Positions 20,923-31,151 of a DNA stretch of 64,000 nt are shown one piece after another. Every line of letters begins with the position of its first letter. Position 1 is the stretch's first letter. Made by a program: the position numbers and the translations under genes. The notes beneath the pieces are model-generated. The model searched no databases and was not told the DNA's origin. It worked only from the letters and a program-made list of their open reading frames with translations. The DNA is taken from sequence record DRR378314_409. One strand, written 5' to 3'.

Positions 20923-21243
20923 CGGTAATTTTAAGATATTAGAAAGTGCGGCACCTCTTCATGTCTTTTCGAATTGTGACATGGCTGGATCTGTCAATGT
21001 TTTGCAAAAAAGCCATCAGAAGCAGTCGTAAAAAACGAATCGAAGATATGTGGTTAAATGGTTAATTTAAATAGTTAATTTTTCCCTTAAATGGTAATTA
21101 ATTAAATAAGTTGCACTCACTACGAGAAAACGGGATCAATTAGTTAAAATTTTAAGTAATTGTTTGGTATCCACTTATAAATTTGTGTATATTTGAACAT
21201 TAGAATTAAGATGGGTACTGCCCATATATGGATTGGGAAAACT

Positions 21244-21852
21244 ATGGCTAAATATTCATTTAAGAGTTTGATGTATGGCGCTTTTGTTTTTGCCGCAACT
21301 GCTGTTGTGGCTGTCAGTGCACCGTCGGCAAAACCAGCATCTCCTGTTTGTGGCTTTGGTCCCGTACTTATTACCGCTGCCGGAACGGCCGATCTGACAA
21401 CATCCACTAATTGTGAGGTCTATGATAGCTATAATGACACAACGGCTGTTGTTGCAGCTCAGGATCCTTTTGATATTACTGATTGGGTGCTTGCAGACAA
21501 ATCAGACGGGCCGGATGGAGACCACAAGATCGTATTGAAAGACGTTGTCAATGGTGGTAACAGCGGCTCTTGGTCAGTTGACAGCTTTAATGGGTACACT
21601 GATGTGTTTTTGACCTTGAAAGCCGAAAACGCGTTTGTAGCTTATTTGATCGATACAACTGTTCTTGGGGGAGACTGGACTACATATAGTGTTTTCCCAA
21701 GCGGTGGTGATGGAAAAGATCTGTCTCACATGTCACTTTATTATTCACCAAGTTCTTTAACGGCTGTTCCATTGCCTGCGGCTTTGCCACTCTACGCGGC
21801 AGGTATGGCAATCCTCGGTTTCTTTGGTTACCGCCGCCGTAAATCTGCATAA
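21244..21852 (+). CDS. Exported protein with VPLPA-CTERM (PEP-CTERM-like) sorting signal
   Basis: N-terminal signal peptide; C-terminus AVPLPAALPLYAAGMAILGFFGYRRRKSA (motif, TM helix, basic tail). Start 21244 or 21211. Confidence 0.88.
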   Translation: MAKYSFKSLMYGAFVFAATAVVAVSAPSAKPASPVCGFGPVLITAAGTADLTTSTNCEVYDSYNDTTAVVAAQDPFDITDWVLADKSDGPDGDHKIVLKDVVNGGNSGSWSVDSFNGYTDVFLTLKAENAFVAYLIDTTVLGGDWTTYSVFPSGGDGKDLSHMSLYYSPSSLTAVPLPAALPLYAAGMAILGFFGYRRRKSA

Positions 21853-21872
21853 GTCGCTCGACAATGAGTTTT

Positions 21873-21901
21873 GAAGGCCCCGGATTTTCCGGGGCTTTTT
21901 T
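21873..21901 (+). terminator. Rho-independent terminator
   Basis: GAAGGCCCCGGA-TTT-TCCGGGGCTTTTTT. Confidence 0.85.
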
Positions 21902-21965
21902 ATTGCTTCTGGGTCTATTGACCGTTGGTATGATAGCGGCTACCACTTGACGCATATAAAATGGG

Positions 21966-22943
21966 GTGTTGTTTATGTCAGATATTGCTGCGCTAGTTCT
22001 GCCTCTTTTCGGGCTGATTTTTCTTGGTTATTTTATTGCCAAGATTACCAAGCAACCCGAAACGGCTATGGGTTGGCTAAACACATTTATTATTTATGCA
22101 GCCCTGCCTTCCCTATTTTTTAAACTTCTTTCAAAAACCCCGGTTGAAAAGTTAGCGAGCTGGGATTTTATTGCCGTCAATCTTCTGGTCACCTTCACCA
22201 TCTTTATTTTTGTGCTGCTTATTGCATTACTGATTGTTCGGGCTGGCATCGCTGCAGGGACAATACAAGGCCTTGCAGCCGCTTATGGTAATATCGGCTA
22301 TATGGGCCCAGCATTGGCCATCTTGACATTCGGTGAGATTGCGGCTGTCCCCGTGGCTTTGATATTCTGTTTTGAAAATGTCATGCACTTTACCGTTGCC
22401 CCAACCATGATGGCGTTCTCTGGTCGGGAAAAACGAAATGCTGCCTCCCTTATTCCAGAAATCTTGAAGCGGGTTTTTTTCCATCCTTTTATTATCGCGA
22501 CAATTATTGGTGTCGGGGCGGCCATCATCCAGTTTGAACCGCCGAAACCAATTGAAGGACTAATCAATTATCTAGCTCAGGCGGCGGCGCCTTGCGCGCT
22601 TTTTGCCATGGGGGTAAGCCTTGCCCTGCGGCCACTAAAAAAAGTTCCAATTGAGCTGGGTTACGTTGTGCCTGCCAATCTCCTGTTGCATCCGTTGTTA
22701 ATGTATGTCGGATTGAGTTGGGCCGGAGACTTCGATCCGATTTGGGTCTATACGGCGGTATTGTTGGCTGCATTGCCAACCGCAACAAATGTGTTTGTAA
22801 TGGCACAGCAATACGGCGTGTGGATCGAGAGGGCATCTGCAGCAGTTTTGGTGACAACAGTCTGTTCTATTGTAACGGTGAGCGGTCTGTTATTCCTGAT
22901 CACCTCTGGCCGGCTTCCTGCCGATTTATTTCCCGGTAGCTAA
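21966..22943 (+). CDS. AEC (auxin efflux carrier) family transporter
   Basis: LPLFGLIFLGY, ALPSLFF, YGNIGYMGP, PCALFAMG, LPTATNVFVMAQQY; about 10 TM. Start may be ATG 21975. Confidence 0.9.
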   Translation: MLFMSDIAALVLPLFGLIFLGYFIAKITKQPETAMGWLNTFIIYAALPSLFFKLLSKTPVEKLASWDFIAVNLLVTFTIFIFVLLIALLIVRAGIAAGTIQGLAAAYGNIGYMGPALAILTFGEIAAVPVALIFCFENVMHFTVAPTMMAFSGREKRNAASLIPEILKRVFFHPFIIATIIGVGAAIIQFEPPKPIEGLINYLAQAAAPCALFAMGVSLALRPLKKVPIELGYVVPANLLLHPLLMYVGLSWAGDFDPIWVYTAVLLAALPTATNVFVMAQQYGVWIERASAAVLVTTVCSIVTVSGLLFLITSGRLPADLFPGS

Positions 22944-23036
22944 CGGCCAATTCAGGAGGTTGTTCATTGCGTTGAAGGCAGCGAACCTGTACAAGTTGGC
23001 CATAAGAATTTTCGCAATCGGAGTGACTTAATAACT

Positions 23037-24719
23037 ATGGCTTCCTATCAATATATCTATGTCATGAACGGGCTTGGCAAAACCTATCCAGGGGGAAAGC
23101 AGGTTCTCAAAGATATTCGGCTGAGTTTCTTTCCCGGCGCAAAAATCGGTGTGTTGGGTCTTAATGGTGCCGGTAAATCAACTCTTCTCAAAATCATGGC
23201 TGGCATTGAAACAGAGTTCACTGGGGAAGCCTGGGCGGCTGATGGGGTGAAGGTTGGCTATCTGTCTCAAGAGCCGGAACTGGATCCATCGAAGGATGTC
23301 CTGGGCAACGTGATGGAAGGTACCGGCGAAAAGAAAGCCTTGTTGGATAAATTCAACGAAGTATCTGCGCGATTTGCTGAAGATTTAACCGACGATGAGA
23401 TGAATGACCTGATTGCCGAGCAAGGCGAGCTTCAGGAAATCATTGATAGCCAGAACTTGTGGGATTTGGAACGGGAAGTGGAAATCGCTATGGACGCGTT
23501 GCGCTGTCCGCCCGGTGACGCTGATGTCAGCAAGTTGTCTGGCGGGGAACGACGGCGTGTTGCGCTTTGCCGTTTGCTGCTATCTAAGCCTGATATGTTA
23601 CTATTGGATGAGCCAACCAACCATTTGGACGCAGAAAGTGTCGCCTGGTTAGAGCGTTTCCTGCATGATTATACCGGCACAGTAGTGGCTGTGACCCATG
23701 ATCGTTATTTTCTTGATAATGTCGCTGGCTGGATTCTGGAGCTGGACCGCGGTACAGGCATTCCGTGGGAAGGTAATTATTCCAGTTGGCTGGAGCAAAA
23801 GGAAAAACGGCTGGAAATGGAAGGCAAGACCGAGGATTCTCGCCGGAAAACCTTGCAGCATGAATTGGAGTGGGTGCGTCAAGGTGCCAAGGGCCGTCAA
23901 AGCAAATCTAAAGCCCGACTTGCAGCTTATGAAGAAATGCTCAATCAGGACACTGGGGCGAAGATCGAAGAAATGCAGATCACTATTCCTCCAGGTCCGC
24001 GACTTGGCAATCTGGTCGTGGAAGCGGAACATATTTCCAAAGGGTTTGAGGACCGGCTGTTGATCGAGGATCTTTCCTTCAAACTGCCACCAGGGGCGAT
24101 TGTTGGTGTTATTGGACCGAACGGTGCCGGTAAAACGACCTTGTTCAAACTGTTGACCGGCGTGGAGGCTCCGGATGAGGGGGCCTTTAATGTGGGCCCA
24201 ACCGTCGAACTCGGTTATGTGGATCAGGATCGGGATACTCTGGATCCAAACAAAACGGTCTGGGAAGAGATTTCAGAAGGTAATGAGATTATCTATCTGG
24301 GTAAGAAAGAGATTAACAGCCGCGCTTATGTTTCTGGTTTCAATTTTAAGGGCTCTGATCAGCAGAAGAAAGTGGGACAGCTCTCCGGCGGGGAACGGAA
24401 TCGGGTTAATCTTGCTAAAATGCTCAAATCCGGCGCCAACTTCCTTTTACTCGATGAGCCGACCAACGACCTGGATGTGGATACGCTCCGGGCGCTGGAA
24501 GAGGCGCTTCTGGATTTTGCCGGTTGTGCGGTGGTCATCAGCCATGATCGCTGGTTTCTTGATAGAATTGCCACACATATTCTGGCTTACGAAGGGGACA
24601 GTCACGTGGAATGGTTCGAAGGAAACTTCGAAGCCTATGAAGAAGATAAGAAACGGCGGTTGGGTGCGCAGGCTGTTGAGCCCCATCGCATCAAATACAA
24701 ACCAATTAGCCGCTCATAA
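23037..24719 (+). CDS. ettA: Energy-dependent translational throttle protein (ABC-F)
   Basis: [28 protein letters not shown], two ABC domains, [20 protein letters not shown] linker, HRIKYKP end. Confidence 0.96.
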   Translation: MASYQYIYVMNGLGKTYPGGKQVLKDIRLSFFPGAKIGVLGLNGAGKSTLLKIMAGIETEFTGEAWAADGVKVGYLSQEPELDPSKDVLGNVMEGTGEKKALLDKFNEVSARFAEDLTDDEMNDLIAEQGELQEIIDSQNLWDLEREVEIAMDALRCPPGDADVSKLSGGERRRVALCRLLLSKPDMLLLDEPTNHLDAESVAWLERFLHDYTGTVVAVTHDRYFLDNVAGWILELDRGTGIPWEGNYSSWLEQKEKRLEMEGKTEDSRRKTLQHELEWVRQGAKGRQSKSKARLAAYEEMLNQDTGAKIEEMQITIPPGPRLGNLVVEAEHISKGFEDRLLIEDLSFKLPPGAIVGVIGPNGAGKTTLFKLLTGVEAPDEGAFNVGPTVELGYVDQDRDTLDPNKTVWEEISEGNEIIYLGKKEINSRAYVSGFNFKGSDQQKKVGQLSGGERNRVNLAKMLKSGANFLLLDEPTNDLDVDTLRALEEALLDFAGCAVVISHDRWFLDRIATHILAYEGDSHVEWFEGNFEAYEEDKKRRLGAQAVEPHRIKYKPISRS

Positions 24720-24733
24720 TATGGATTTTCAAG

Positions 24734-24758
24734 GAAGGGGCGTTTTGCCCCTTCTTTT
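24734..24758 (+). terminator. Terminator after ettA
   Basis: GAAGGGGC-GTTTT-GCCCCTTC-TTTT. Confidence 0.8.
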
Positions 24759-24765
24759 AATTTCT

Positions 24766-24784
24766 CCTATTGACAATCATTCTT
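24766..24784 (+). promoter_or_regulatory. Fur-box-like site overlapping the -35 of bfd
   Basis: CCTATTGACAATCATTCTT matches GATAATGATAATCATTATC at 13/19 by manual count and contains TTGACA. Confidence 0.55.
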
Positions 24785-24826
24785 AGTTGCACAAATATGG
24801 AGGTGTATTCGAAGGAACGGTGAAGA

Positions 24827-25018
24827 ATGTACGCTTGCATTTGTAACGGAATTAAAGATAGTCAGGTGCGCGACGCGGCCCAGCAAGGCGCGGGGACAGT
24901 CGGTCAGGTTTTTAAAAGTCTGGACTGTAAAGCCAGCTGTGCTACCTGTGTGCAGACTATTCGAAACGTTCTTGAGGAAGAATTGCTTCCGGAAAACACG
25001 CTAATTGCAGCGGAATAA
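24827..25018 (+). CDS. bfd: Bacterioferritin-associated [2Fe-2S] ferredoxin
   Basis: MYACICNGIKDSQV...CATC (CxC...CxxC), next to the bfr genes. Confidence 0.92.
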   Translation: MYACICNGIKDSQVRDAAQQGAGTVGQVFKSLDCKASCATCVQTIRNVLEEELLPENTLIAAE

Positions 25019-25038
25019 GATTGAAATAAAGCCCTATA

Positions 25039-25066
25039 AAAAACCCCGGAAAAGATCCGGGGTTTT
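25039..25066. terminator. Bidirectional terminator between convergent bfd and bfr
   Basis: AAAACCCCGGA-AAAGA-TCCGGGGTTTT with A/T tracts on both sides. Confidence 0.85.
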
Positions 25067-25071
25067 ATGTT

Positions 25072-25542
25072 TTAAGAACTTTTGGACTGTATATAATTTT
25101 CAAGTCCCATCTTGTCGATAAGACCGAGTTGTTTTTCAAGCCAGTAAGTGTGGTCTTCTTCTGTATCTTTTAACAGCCCGAGCAAAATGTTCCTGGAAAC
25201 ATAGTCTTGCTCTTTTTCACATACAGTGATCGCCTTTTTCAGTTCTGCGACAACGCTGAGTTCATAAGTAAGATCGCTTTTCATCATGGACGGGACATCT
25301 TTGCCGATATCCAGCTTTGCCCGTGAGGCGACGTCAGGGTTGCCCTCCAAAAACAGAATTCGTTGAACCAGTTGGGCAGCATGGTCCAGCTCTTCTTCCT
25401 GCTCATGCTTCAGACGCTCGTAAAGTTCAGTAAGACCCCAGTCCTCATACATTCTTGAGTGGATGAAATACTGATCAGCCGCGCTCATTTCATGGGTGAG
25501 AAGAGCGTTCAAGGTATCTACTACTTTTGTGCTTCCTTTCAT
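25072..25542 (-). CDS. bfr: Bacterioferritin subunit with ferroxidase centre, no heme Met
   Basis: Start MKGSTKVV; EMSAADQYFIH, HEQEEELDHA (Leu at the Met52 position), RILFLEG, TEEDHTYWLE. Confidence 0.92.
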   Translation of the reverse strand: MKGSTKVVDTLNALLTHEMSAADQYFIHSRMYEDWGLTELYERLKHEQEEELDHAAQLVQRILFLEGNPDVASRAKLDIGKDVPSMMKSDLTYELSVVAELKKAITVCEKEQDYVSRNILLGLLKDTEEDHTYWLEKQLGLIDKMGLENYIQSKSS

Positions 25543-25553
25543 TAATACTCTCC

Positions 25554-26018
25554 TTAAGCCATGGATTGTAGGAAGTTTTTCAGGCCTGTTTTCTGAACCA
25601 GACCCTGCTGGATTTCCAGCCAATCAATGAATTCTTCTTCATCTTCCAGAATTTCCTCAAGAATATCCCGGGATACGAAATCCGATTCCTTTTCGCAAAG
25701 TTCAATCACACTTCGCAACTCTTTGATCTCCTCAAGACCCAAATCCATTTCGCACTTGAGAATTTCCTCAGCCGTCTCGCCAATGCGCAGACGCCCAAGA
25801 CTTTGTAAATTAGGCAGACCTTCCAAAAACAGAATCCGCTCTATCAGTTTATCAGCCTGCTTCATATCCTTGATAGACTTCTTGTATTCCTTCTTTCCAA
25901 ACTCGGAAAGACCCCAGTCATTGAGCATGCGGGAATGCAGAAACGTCTGGTTGATGGAAATTAGTTCAAAACCTAAAATGGCATTCAGCCGGTCGATAAC
26001 TTTGCTGTTCCCTTTCAT
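25554..26018 (-). CDS. bfr: Bacterioferritin subunit with heme Met, degenerate ferroxidase centre
   Basis: Start MKGNSKVI; ELISINQTFLH, SIKDMKQADKLIERILFLEGLPNLQ, EEEFIDWLE. Confidence 0.92.
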   Translation of the reverse strand: MKGNSKVIDRLNAILGFELISINQTFLHSRMLNDWGLSEFGKKEYKKSIKDMKQADKLIERILFLEGLPNLQSLGRLRIGETAEEILKCEMDLGLEEIKELRSVIELCEKESDFVSRDILEEILEDEEEFIDWLEIQQGLVQKTGLKNFLQSMA

Positions 26019-26128
26019 AAGGACCACTCCTTTTGCAAAGTATGTCATGAATTGTATCAATTACATATATTAGTTCTGCTCATAAATCAACAATTGAAAT
26101 TAAAATAATTCAATAAATACAATGGGTT

Positions 26129-26147
26129 AGTAATAGTTCTCATTATT
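26129..26147 (-). promoter_or_regulatory. Fur-box-like site upstream of the bfr pair
   Basis: Minus strand AATAATGAGAACTATTACT matches the Fur consensus at 13/19 by manual count; AT-rich context. Confidence 0.45.
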
Positions 26148-26245
26148 ACTCTTAACTTGTGGGCAGGCCATTCTATTGAACTGCGTTGTGATGCGAAGAG
26201 CAAGGAAGTAGACTTTCTCATAACGGAGACCGGGGGTGAAGGAAC

Positions 26246-27769
26246 ATGATTTCAGGCTATGAAAACTATGATGCAATGGGTCTGGCGGCGCTTGTGCGTA
26301 AGGGGGATGTCAAGCCACAAGAGGTACTGGAAACAGCTATCCATGCCACAGACCAGTTAAACCCAGAGCTGAACGCCGTCATTTTTAAGATGTATGAACA
26401 GGCGGCTCAGTTTGTGGAAAGACAACTGGATATGACCGCCCCCTTTGCAGGAGTTCCCTTTTTACTGAAGGATTTGATAGCAAATTATGCCGGAACTCCA
26501 ACGACGAGTAGTTGCAAGATTTTGACATCGGTTGAGGCTGAGGCTGATTCAGAGCTGGTGAAGAGGATGAAGGCAGCCGGTCTGGTTATCTTTGGAAAAA
26601 CCAATACCCCGGAATTTGGAATTATGGGTATCACAGAACCGAAATTAAGAGGAGCAACGCGTAATCCGTGGAACTGCAACCTATCACCCGGTGGCTCAAG
26701 CGGCGGATCCGCAGCAGCCGTAGCCGCAAGACTGGTGCCTGCCGCTCATGGTGGTGATGGAGGCGGGTCGATTCGAATTCCATCTGCTTATTGTGGCACG
26801 TTGGGCCTATTGCCCAGTCGGGGGCGGAACCCACTGGGCCCCGGTCTTGGTGAAGCATGGGGTGGGTTGGCCCGAGAACATGTGATTACCCGTTCTGTGC
26901 GCGACAGTGCTGCCTTACTTGATTGCTTGGCTGGACCTGATGCAGGGGCTCCCTATACCGCGGTTAATAATAGATCGGCCAATTTCCTCAGCGCTTGCAA
27001 GGCGCATAATGAACGTCTGAAAATAGCCTATACAACGGATGCATTATTTGGGCAGAAAAACCATCCAGATTGTAAAGCTGCCGTTGAAGCCGCTGTCGAT
27101 CATCTGAGAGATCTTGGGCACGAAGTTATTGAAGCCAGGCCTGACTTTGATCGCCACTTGCTTGCAAAAGCTTATTTACGGGTCGTCTGCGCCTGGGTCA
27201 CATGGGAAGTTCGAAATTCTGCCCGTTTAGCTGGTCGTCAGTTGATTTCGGAGGATTATGAACTGACAAGTTGGGTTATGTCCCTAATTGGCGAAAAGAA
27301 CAGCATGCTGGATCTGGCAGAAGCGATCCATGCGCAGCATATGGCCGCCCGAACCATGGGTGCGTTCCATAAGAAATATGATTTGTTGTTAACTGCCACC
27401 ACCGCAAAGCCACCTTCAAAAATTGGGGAACTCTACCCTTCTGGCGGTGATGAAGTTGCGTTAAAAATTCTGAAACTTTTACCTTCAAAGTTTCTCCTGA
27501 ATAAAGCGCTCGACAGTTTGGCAGAGGATGCGCTCTCTGCGACCCCTAACACACAACTTTTTAATCAGACAGGTCAGCCTGCAATTTCAGTTCCTTTTTA
27601 TCAATCAGAGGGTGGAATTCCGGTCGGCGTGCAATTTGCTGCAGAATTTGGTAACGAATGGACGTTATATAGAATTGCATCAGAATTGGAACGGACAAAG
27701 CCTTGGATAGATCGCAAACCTGGCCTTTGTTTTGAAAGCGAAGTTAAAAAAGAGGGGGAGACTTCCTAA
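26246..27769 (+). CDS. Amidase signature family enzyme
   Basis: GVPFLLKDL (Lys), GKTNTPEFG, NPWN...PGGSSGGSAAAVAA, DGGGSIRIPSAYCG (Ser-cisSer-Lys triad). Confidence 0.93.
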   Translation: MISGYENYDAMGLAALVRKGDVKPQEVLETAIHATDQLNPELNAVIFKMYEQAAQFVERQLDMTAPFAGVPFLLKDLIANYAGTPTTSSCKILTSVEAEADSELVKRMKAAGLVIFGKTNTPEFGIMGITEPKLRGATRNPWNCNLSPGGSSGGSAAAVAARLVPAAHGGDGGGSIRIPSAYCGTLGLLPSRGRNPLGPGLGEAWGGLAREHVITRSVRDSAALLDCLAGPDAGAPYTAVNNRSANFLSACKAHNERLKIAYTTDALFGQKNHPDCKAAVEAAVDHLRDLGHEVIEARPDFDRHLLAKAYLRVVCAWVTWEVRNSARLAGRQLISEDYELTSWVMSLIGEKNSMLDLAEAIHAQHMAARTMGAFHKKYDLLLTATTAKPPSKIGELYPSGGDEVALKILKLLPSKFLLNKALDSLAEDALSATPNTQLFNQTGQPAISVPFYQSEGGIPVGVQFAAEFGNEWTLYRIASELERTKPWIDRKPGLCFESEVKKEGETS

Positions 27770-28341
27770 TGACGGAAGTATTGGCAACATCAATTGCCGA
27801 AGTGAAAATTGTGGTTCCAAGAAAATTTGGAGATCATCGCGGCTTTTTTTCAGAAACTTGGAACCAGAAAAAGTTGGCGGCAGAGGGCATTACCACAAAC
27901 TTTATCCAGGATAATCATGCGTTTAGTGCCGAAAAGGGAACTATTCGGGGTTTGCACTATCAAACACCACCTAAGGCACAAGGCAAACTCGTACGGGTTA
28001 CGCGCGGTGCGGTTCTGGATGTGGCTGTTGATATTCGAAAAGGCTCCCCGACATTCGGGCAGCATGTTGCCGTGGAATTATCTGCTGAAAATTGGAAACA
28101 GTTATGGGTGCCTGCCGGTTTTGCCCATGGGTATTGTACTTTAACCGAAGATGTCGAATTCCTCTACAAAGTTGACAACGATTACAGTCCTGAGCATGAA
28201 GCAGGGATCATCTGGAATGATCCTGCCTTACAGATTGATTGGAGGCTGGAGGGAAGTTCAGCAAGACTATCTGATAAGGACGTAATCCTTCCGACATTAG
28301 ATGAACAGGAACACCTGTTCGAATATGGAGCTTATTCATGA
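27769..28341 (+). CDS. rfbC: dTDP-4-dehydrorhamnose 3,5-epimerase
   Basis: [52 protein letters not shown]. Confidence 0.96.
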   Translation: MTEVLATSIAEVKIVVPRKFGDHRGFFSETWNQKKLAAEGITTNFIQDNHAFSAEKGTIRGLHYQTPPKAQGKLVRVTRGAVLDVAVDIRKGSPTFGQHVAVELSAENWKQLWVPAGFAHGYCTLTEDVEFLYKVDNDYSPEHEAGIIWNDPALQIDWRLEGSSARLSDKDVILPTLDEQEHLFEYGAYS

Positions 28342-29393
28342 CAATTTTTGTAACTGGTGGTGCTGGTTTTATTGGGTCGGCGTTGGTTCGGGATCTGGTA
28401 AAAAACGGACAAGAGCAGGTTGTCACAATCGATAAACTAACCTACGCGGGATCGCTGGAAAATTTGACGGAGATTTCTGGTTCAAATAATCATTGTTTTG
28501 AGCAGGTTGATATTTGTGACGCGTCTGCAATCGGGGCGCTTTTCAAAAAATACAACCCGACAACGGTTTATCATCTGGCAGCAGAAAGCCATGTAGATCG
28601 GTCTATCGATGGACCGGCAGAGTTTATCCAAACGAATCTGGTTGGGACGTTCACCATGTTGCAGTCCGCACTTGAATTCTGGCGGGATCTGCAAGAGGGG
28701 CCCAAATCCGCATTTCGATTTTTGCATATTTCAACAGATGAAGTTTATGGTGAATTGGGAGCTGAGGGGCTGTTCTCTGAGGCCAGTCCCTATGAGCCGA
28801 ACTCTCCTTACTCGGCCAGTAAGGCAGGTTCTGATCATCTGGCGCGGGCTTGGCAACGCACCTATGGGCTTCCGGTACTTATTACAAACTGCTCAAATAA
28901 TTACGGACCCTATCAATTTCCTGAAAAGTTACTGCCAGTGATTATCCTGAATGCGCTTCGGGGACGGGAACTACCAGTATACGGGAATGGCTTGAATATT
29001 CGTGATTGGCTTTTTGTTCATGATCATGCCGCGGCGCTGCGCCTTGTTGTCGAGAAGGGAAATGTTGGCGAAACCTACATGATTGGCGGCCGGGCGGAGC
29101 AAACAAACATTCATATGGTCAAAGCGATCTGCAAGATATTAGACAAAAAATTTCCAGAAAAATCACCGCATGAGAACCTTATCAACTATGTCACGGATCG
29201 CCCAGGTCATGATGCCCGTTATGCAGTAGACTGCACCAAGATAGAGCGAGAGCTGGGCTGGAAACAGTCTGTTAGCCTTGAAGAAGGGCTTGAAAAGACT
29301 GTAGATTGGTATTTGCAAAACCTCGACTGGGTTGAGGCGGTAGGCGAGGATGTCGCTCTAGATCGCCGCGGACTTGGGGAGACCAAGTCTTGA
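28338..29393 (+). CDS. rfbB: dTDP-glucose 4,6-dehydratase
   Basis: [72 protein letters not shown]. Confidence 0.97.
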   Translation: MTIFVTGGAGFIGSALVRDLVKNGQEQVVTIDKLTYAGSLENLTEISGSNNHCFEQVDICDASAIGALFKKYNPTTVYHLAAESHVDRSIDGPAEFIQTNLVGTFTMLQSALEFWRDLQEGPKSAFRFLHISTDEVYGELGAEGLFSEASPYEPNSPYSASKAGSDHLARAWQRTYGLPVLITNCSNNYGPYQFPEKLLPVIILNALRGRELPVYGNGLNIRDWLFVHDHAAALRLVVEKGNVGETYMIGGRAEQTNIHMVKAICKILDKKFPEKSPHENLINYVTDRPGHDARYAVDCTKIERELGWKQSVSLEEGLEKTVDWYLQNLDWVEAVGEDVALDRRGLGETKS

Positions 29394-30220
29394 AGCTTTT
29401 GATTACAGGTTCAAACGGACAGGTTGGTACTGAACTTAAGGCGCAAGGGACTGAAGCGGGATACGAGGTTCTTGCAACTGATCGCTCTTTACTGGATATC
29501 ACGGATGAACGGGCGGTCCTTGATTATGTTCAAACTACCCGGCCAACCATCGTGATCAATGCGGCAGCATATACAGCCGTTGATAAAGCGGAGGATGAAG
29601 CAGCATTGGCAGATCGTGTTAATCGAGACGCTGCTGGATACTTGGCGGTTGCCTGTCAGGCAATGGATATTCCCCTGTTGCATATTTCTACAGATTTTGT
29701 GTTTGATGGGACCAAGGTCGGCGCTTATGTGGAGACAGACACCTGCAATCCAGTAAGTTCTTATGGCCGTTCGAAATTAGCGGGTGAGCAGCAGATCCAA
29801 AAGTCTTTAAAAAAGCACATCATTCTTCGCACTGCCTGGGTGTTTGGCGGAGAGTCCAATTTTGTAAACACCATGCGGCGATTGGGAGCTGAACGAGAGG
29901 AGTTGACTGTTGTCAGTGACCAGATCGGCGGTCCAACTGCTGCTTCCGATATCGCGAAATGTCTTCTTAAAATTTCTGAAAGCGTAAGCCAGCCGTCGTT
30001 TAATGACTGGGGAATTTATCACTATACCGGCACACCCTCGGTTAGTTGGTACGAATTTGCGGTTGAGATTCTGAAAGATAATCCCTCCGTGAAGGTTAAG
30101 CCAATTCCGACAAGTGGCTATCCAACTCCGGCAATGCGACCGGCAAATTCTGTCTTAGATTGTACAAAAATTGCGGAAATCTTTAACATAATCCAACCTG
30201 ATTGGCGCGATAAACTATAG
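29390..30220 (+). CDS. rfbD: dTDP-4-dehydrorhamnose reductase
   Basis: [59 protein letters not shown]. Confidence 0.96.
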   Translation: MKLLITGSNGQVGTELKAQGTEAGYEVLATDRSLLDITDERAVLDYVQTTRPTIVINAAAYTAVDKAEDEAALADRVNRDAAGYLAVACQAMDIPLLHISTDFVFDGTKVGAYVETDTCNPVSSYGRSKLAGEQQIQKSLKKHIILRTAWVFGGESNFVNTMRRLGAEREELTVVSDQIGGPTAASDIAKCLLKISESVSQPSFNDWGIYHYTGTPSVSWYEFAVEILKDNPSVKVKPIPTSGYPTPAMRPANSVLDCTKIAEIFNIIQPDWRDKL

Positions 30221-30237
30221 AAAAAAAAGGTGGTTAA

Positions 30238-30666
30238 ATGGAGAAGCAAGACTTCTGTTTTTTCTTCGACTTTAGAGTTCGGTATTCAGAAATTGATGGT
30301 CAGGGCGTCGTGTTCAACGCACATTATCTGACTTATTTTGATGTGGCGATTACGGAATATTTTCGAGACATGGGTTTTGACTATGTTGCCTACCCAACAG
30401 AAACGGGATGCGATTTTCATTTAGTGAAGTCGGTGGTGAATTATGAAAAACCTTTGCTTTTTGACACTGAATTTTTTGTCGGTTGTCGGACCGCCAAGAT
30501 AGGGAATAGCTCAATCATCTTTGAACTTGGCGTGTTTGATAAACAGTCAGGTGCGAGATATGCAACGGGCGAAATTATTTGGGTTAATACCAACCAGAGT
30601 ACCCATCAGACAGAACCAGTGCCAGATGATATTCGCCAATTAATAGAGAGATATGACGCAGAATAA
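30238..30666 (+). CDS. Acyl-CoA thioesterase (4HBT/YbgC-like hotdog fold)
   Basis: RVRYSEIDGQGVVFNAHYLTYFD. Confidence 0.9.
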   Translation: MEKQDFCFFFDFRVRYSEIDGQGVVFNAHYLTYFDVAITEYFRDMGFDYVAYPTETGCDFHLVKSVVNYEKPLLFDTEFFVGCRTAKIGNSSIIFELGVFDKQSGARYATGEIIWVNTNQSTHQTEPVPDDIRQLIERYDAE

Positions 30667-30695
30667 ACAAGGCCTGGCTTTTGCCAGGCCTTGTT
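30666..30695. terminator. Hairpin terminator between the convergent thioesterase and hsp20 genes
   Basis: AACAAGGCCTGGC-TTTT-GCCAGGCCTTGTT. Confidence 0.75.
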
Positions 30696-30701
30696 ATGAA
30701 T

Positions 30702-31151
30702 TTAGGCAGCTTTCCCTTCAATAAGGTTCGGCTTGTTAATCTGAATGCTTCGTGGCTTCAAGGATTCAGGTACCTCTTTCTCAAGTGAGATTTTCAAGAG
30801 ACCTTTGTCCATTGTCGCGCCTGTTACCTTAATGGTTTCCGATAGTTCGAACCGATAATCCAACGGCGTATCCTGCAAGCCTTTATGCAGATACTCAACG
30901 CTATCTGAGGGTAGCTGTTCATCTTTACCGGTGATGGTAAGGGAATTTTGGGTAACAGTGATGTCAATGTCTTCTTCGCTATAGCCTGGGGCAGCAATCA
31001 CGATTTCATATTTGTCATCTTCAAATTTTGAGACATCATAATTTGGAAAGCTTGCCGTCTTGGTTGCCTGTTCCAGTTCGTTAAAAAGGCGACCAAAAGA
31101 GCCGTAACTGGTAGAAGGACGTAATAAGGGTGCAAAGTCAAAACTTCTCAT
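30702..31151 (-). CDS. ibpA: Small heat shock protein (Hsp20, IbpA-like)
   Basis: Likely start MRSFDFAPLLR; FPNYDV, IAAPGY, YLHKG, GLLKISLEKEVPESLKPRSIQI; AGGAG RBS. Confidence 0.9.
   Translation of the reverse strand: MRSFDFAPLLRPSTSYGSFGRLFNELEQATKTASFPNYDVSKFEDDKYEIVIAAPGYSEEDIDITVTQNSLTITGKDEQLPSDSVEYLHKGLQDTPLDYRFELSETIKVTGATMDKGLLKISLEKEVPESLKPRSIQINKPNLIEGKAA

Noticed and set aside
20923..21243. Sigma54 promoter expected for a PEP-CTERM-like gene
   Set aside because: No TGGCAC-N5-TTGC match seen.
5429..22943. Possible genomic island integrated at the tRNA
   Set aside because: No integrase or transposase, and I could not find a duplicated tRNA 3' end; looks like ordinary variable gene content.
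24175..24786. 203-aa alternative-frame ORF in ettA
   Set aside because: Overlaps a conserved gene in another frame; no RBS or motif support.
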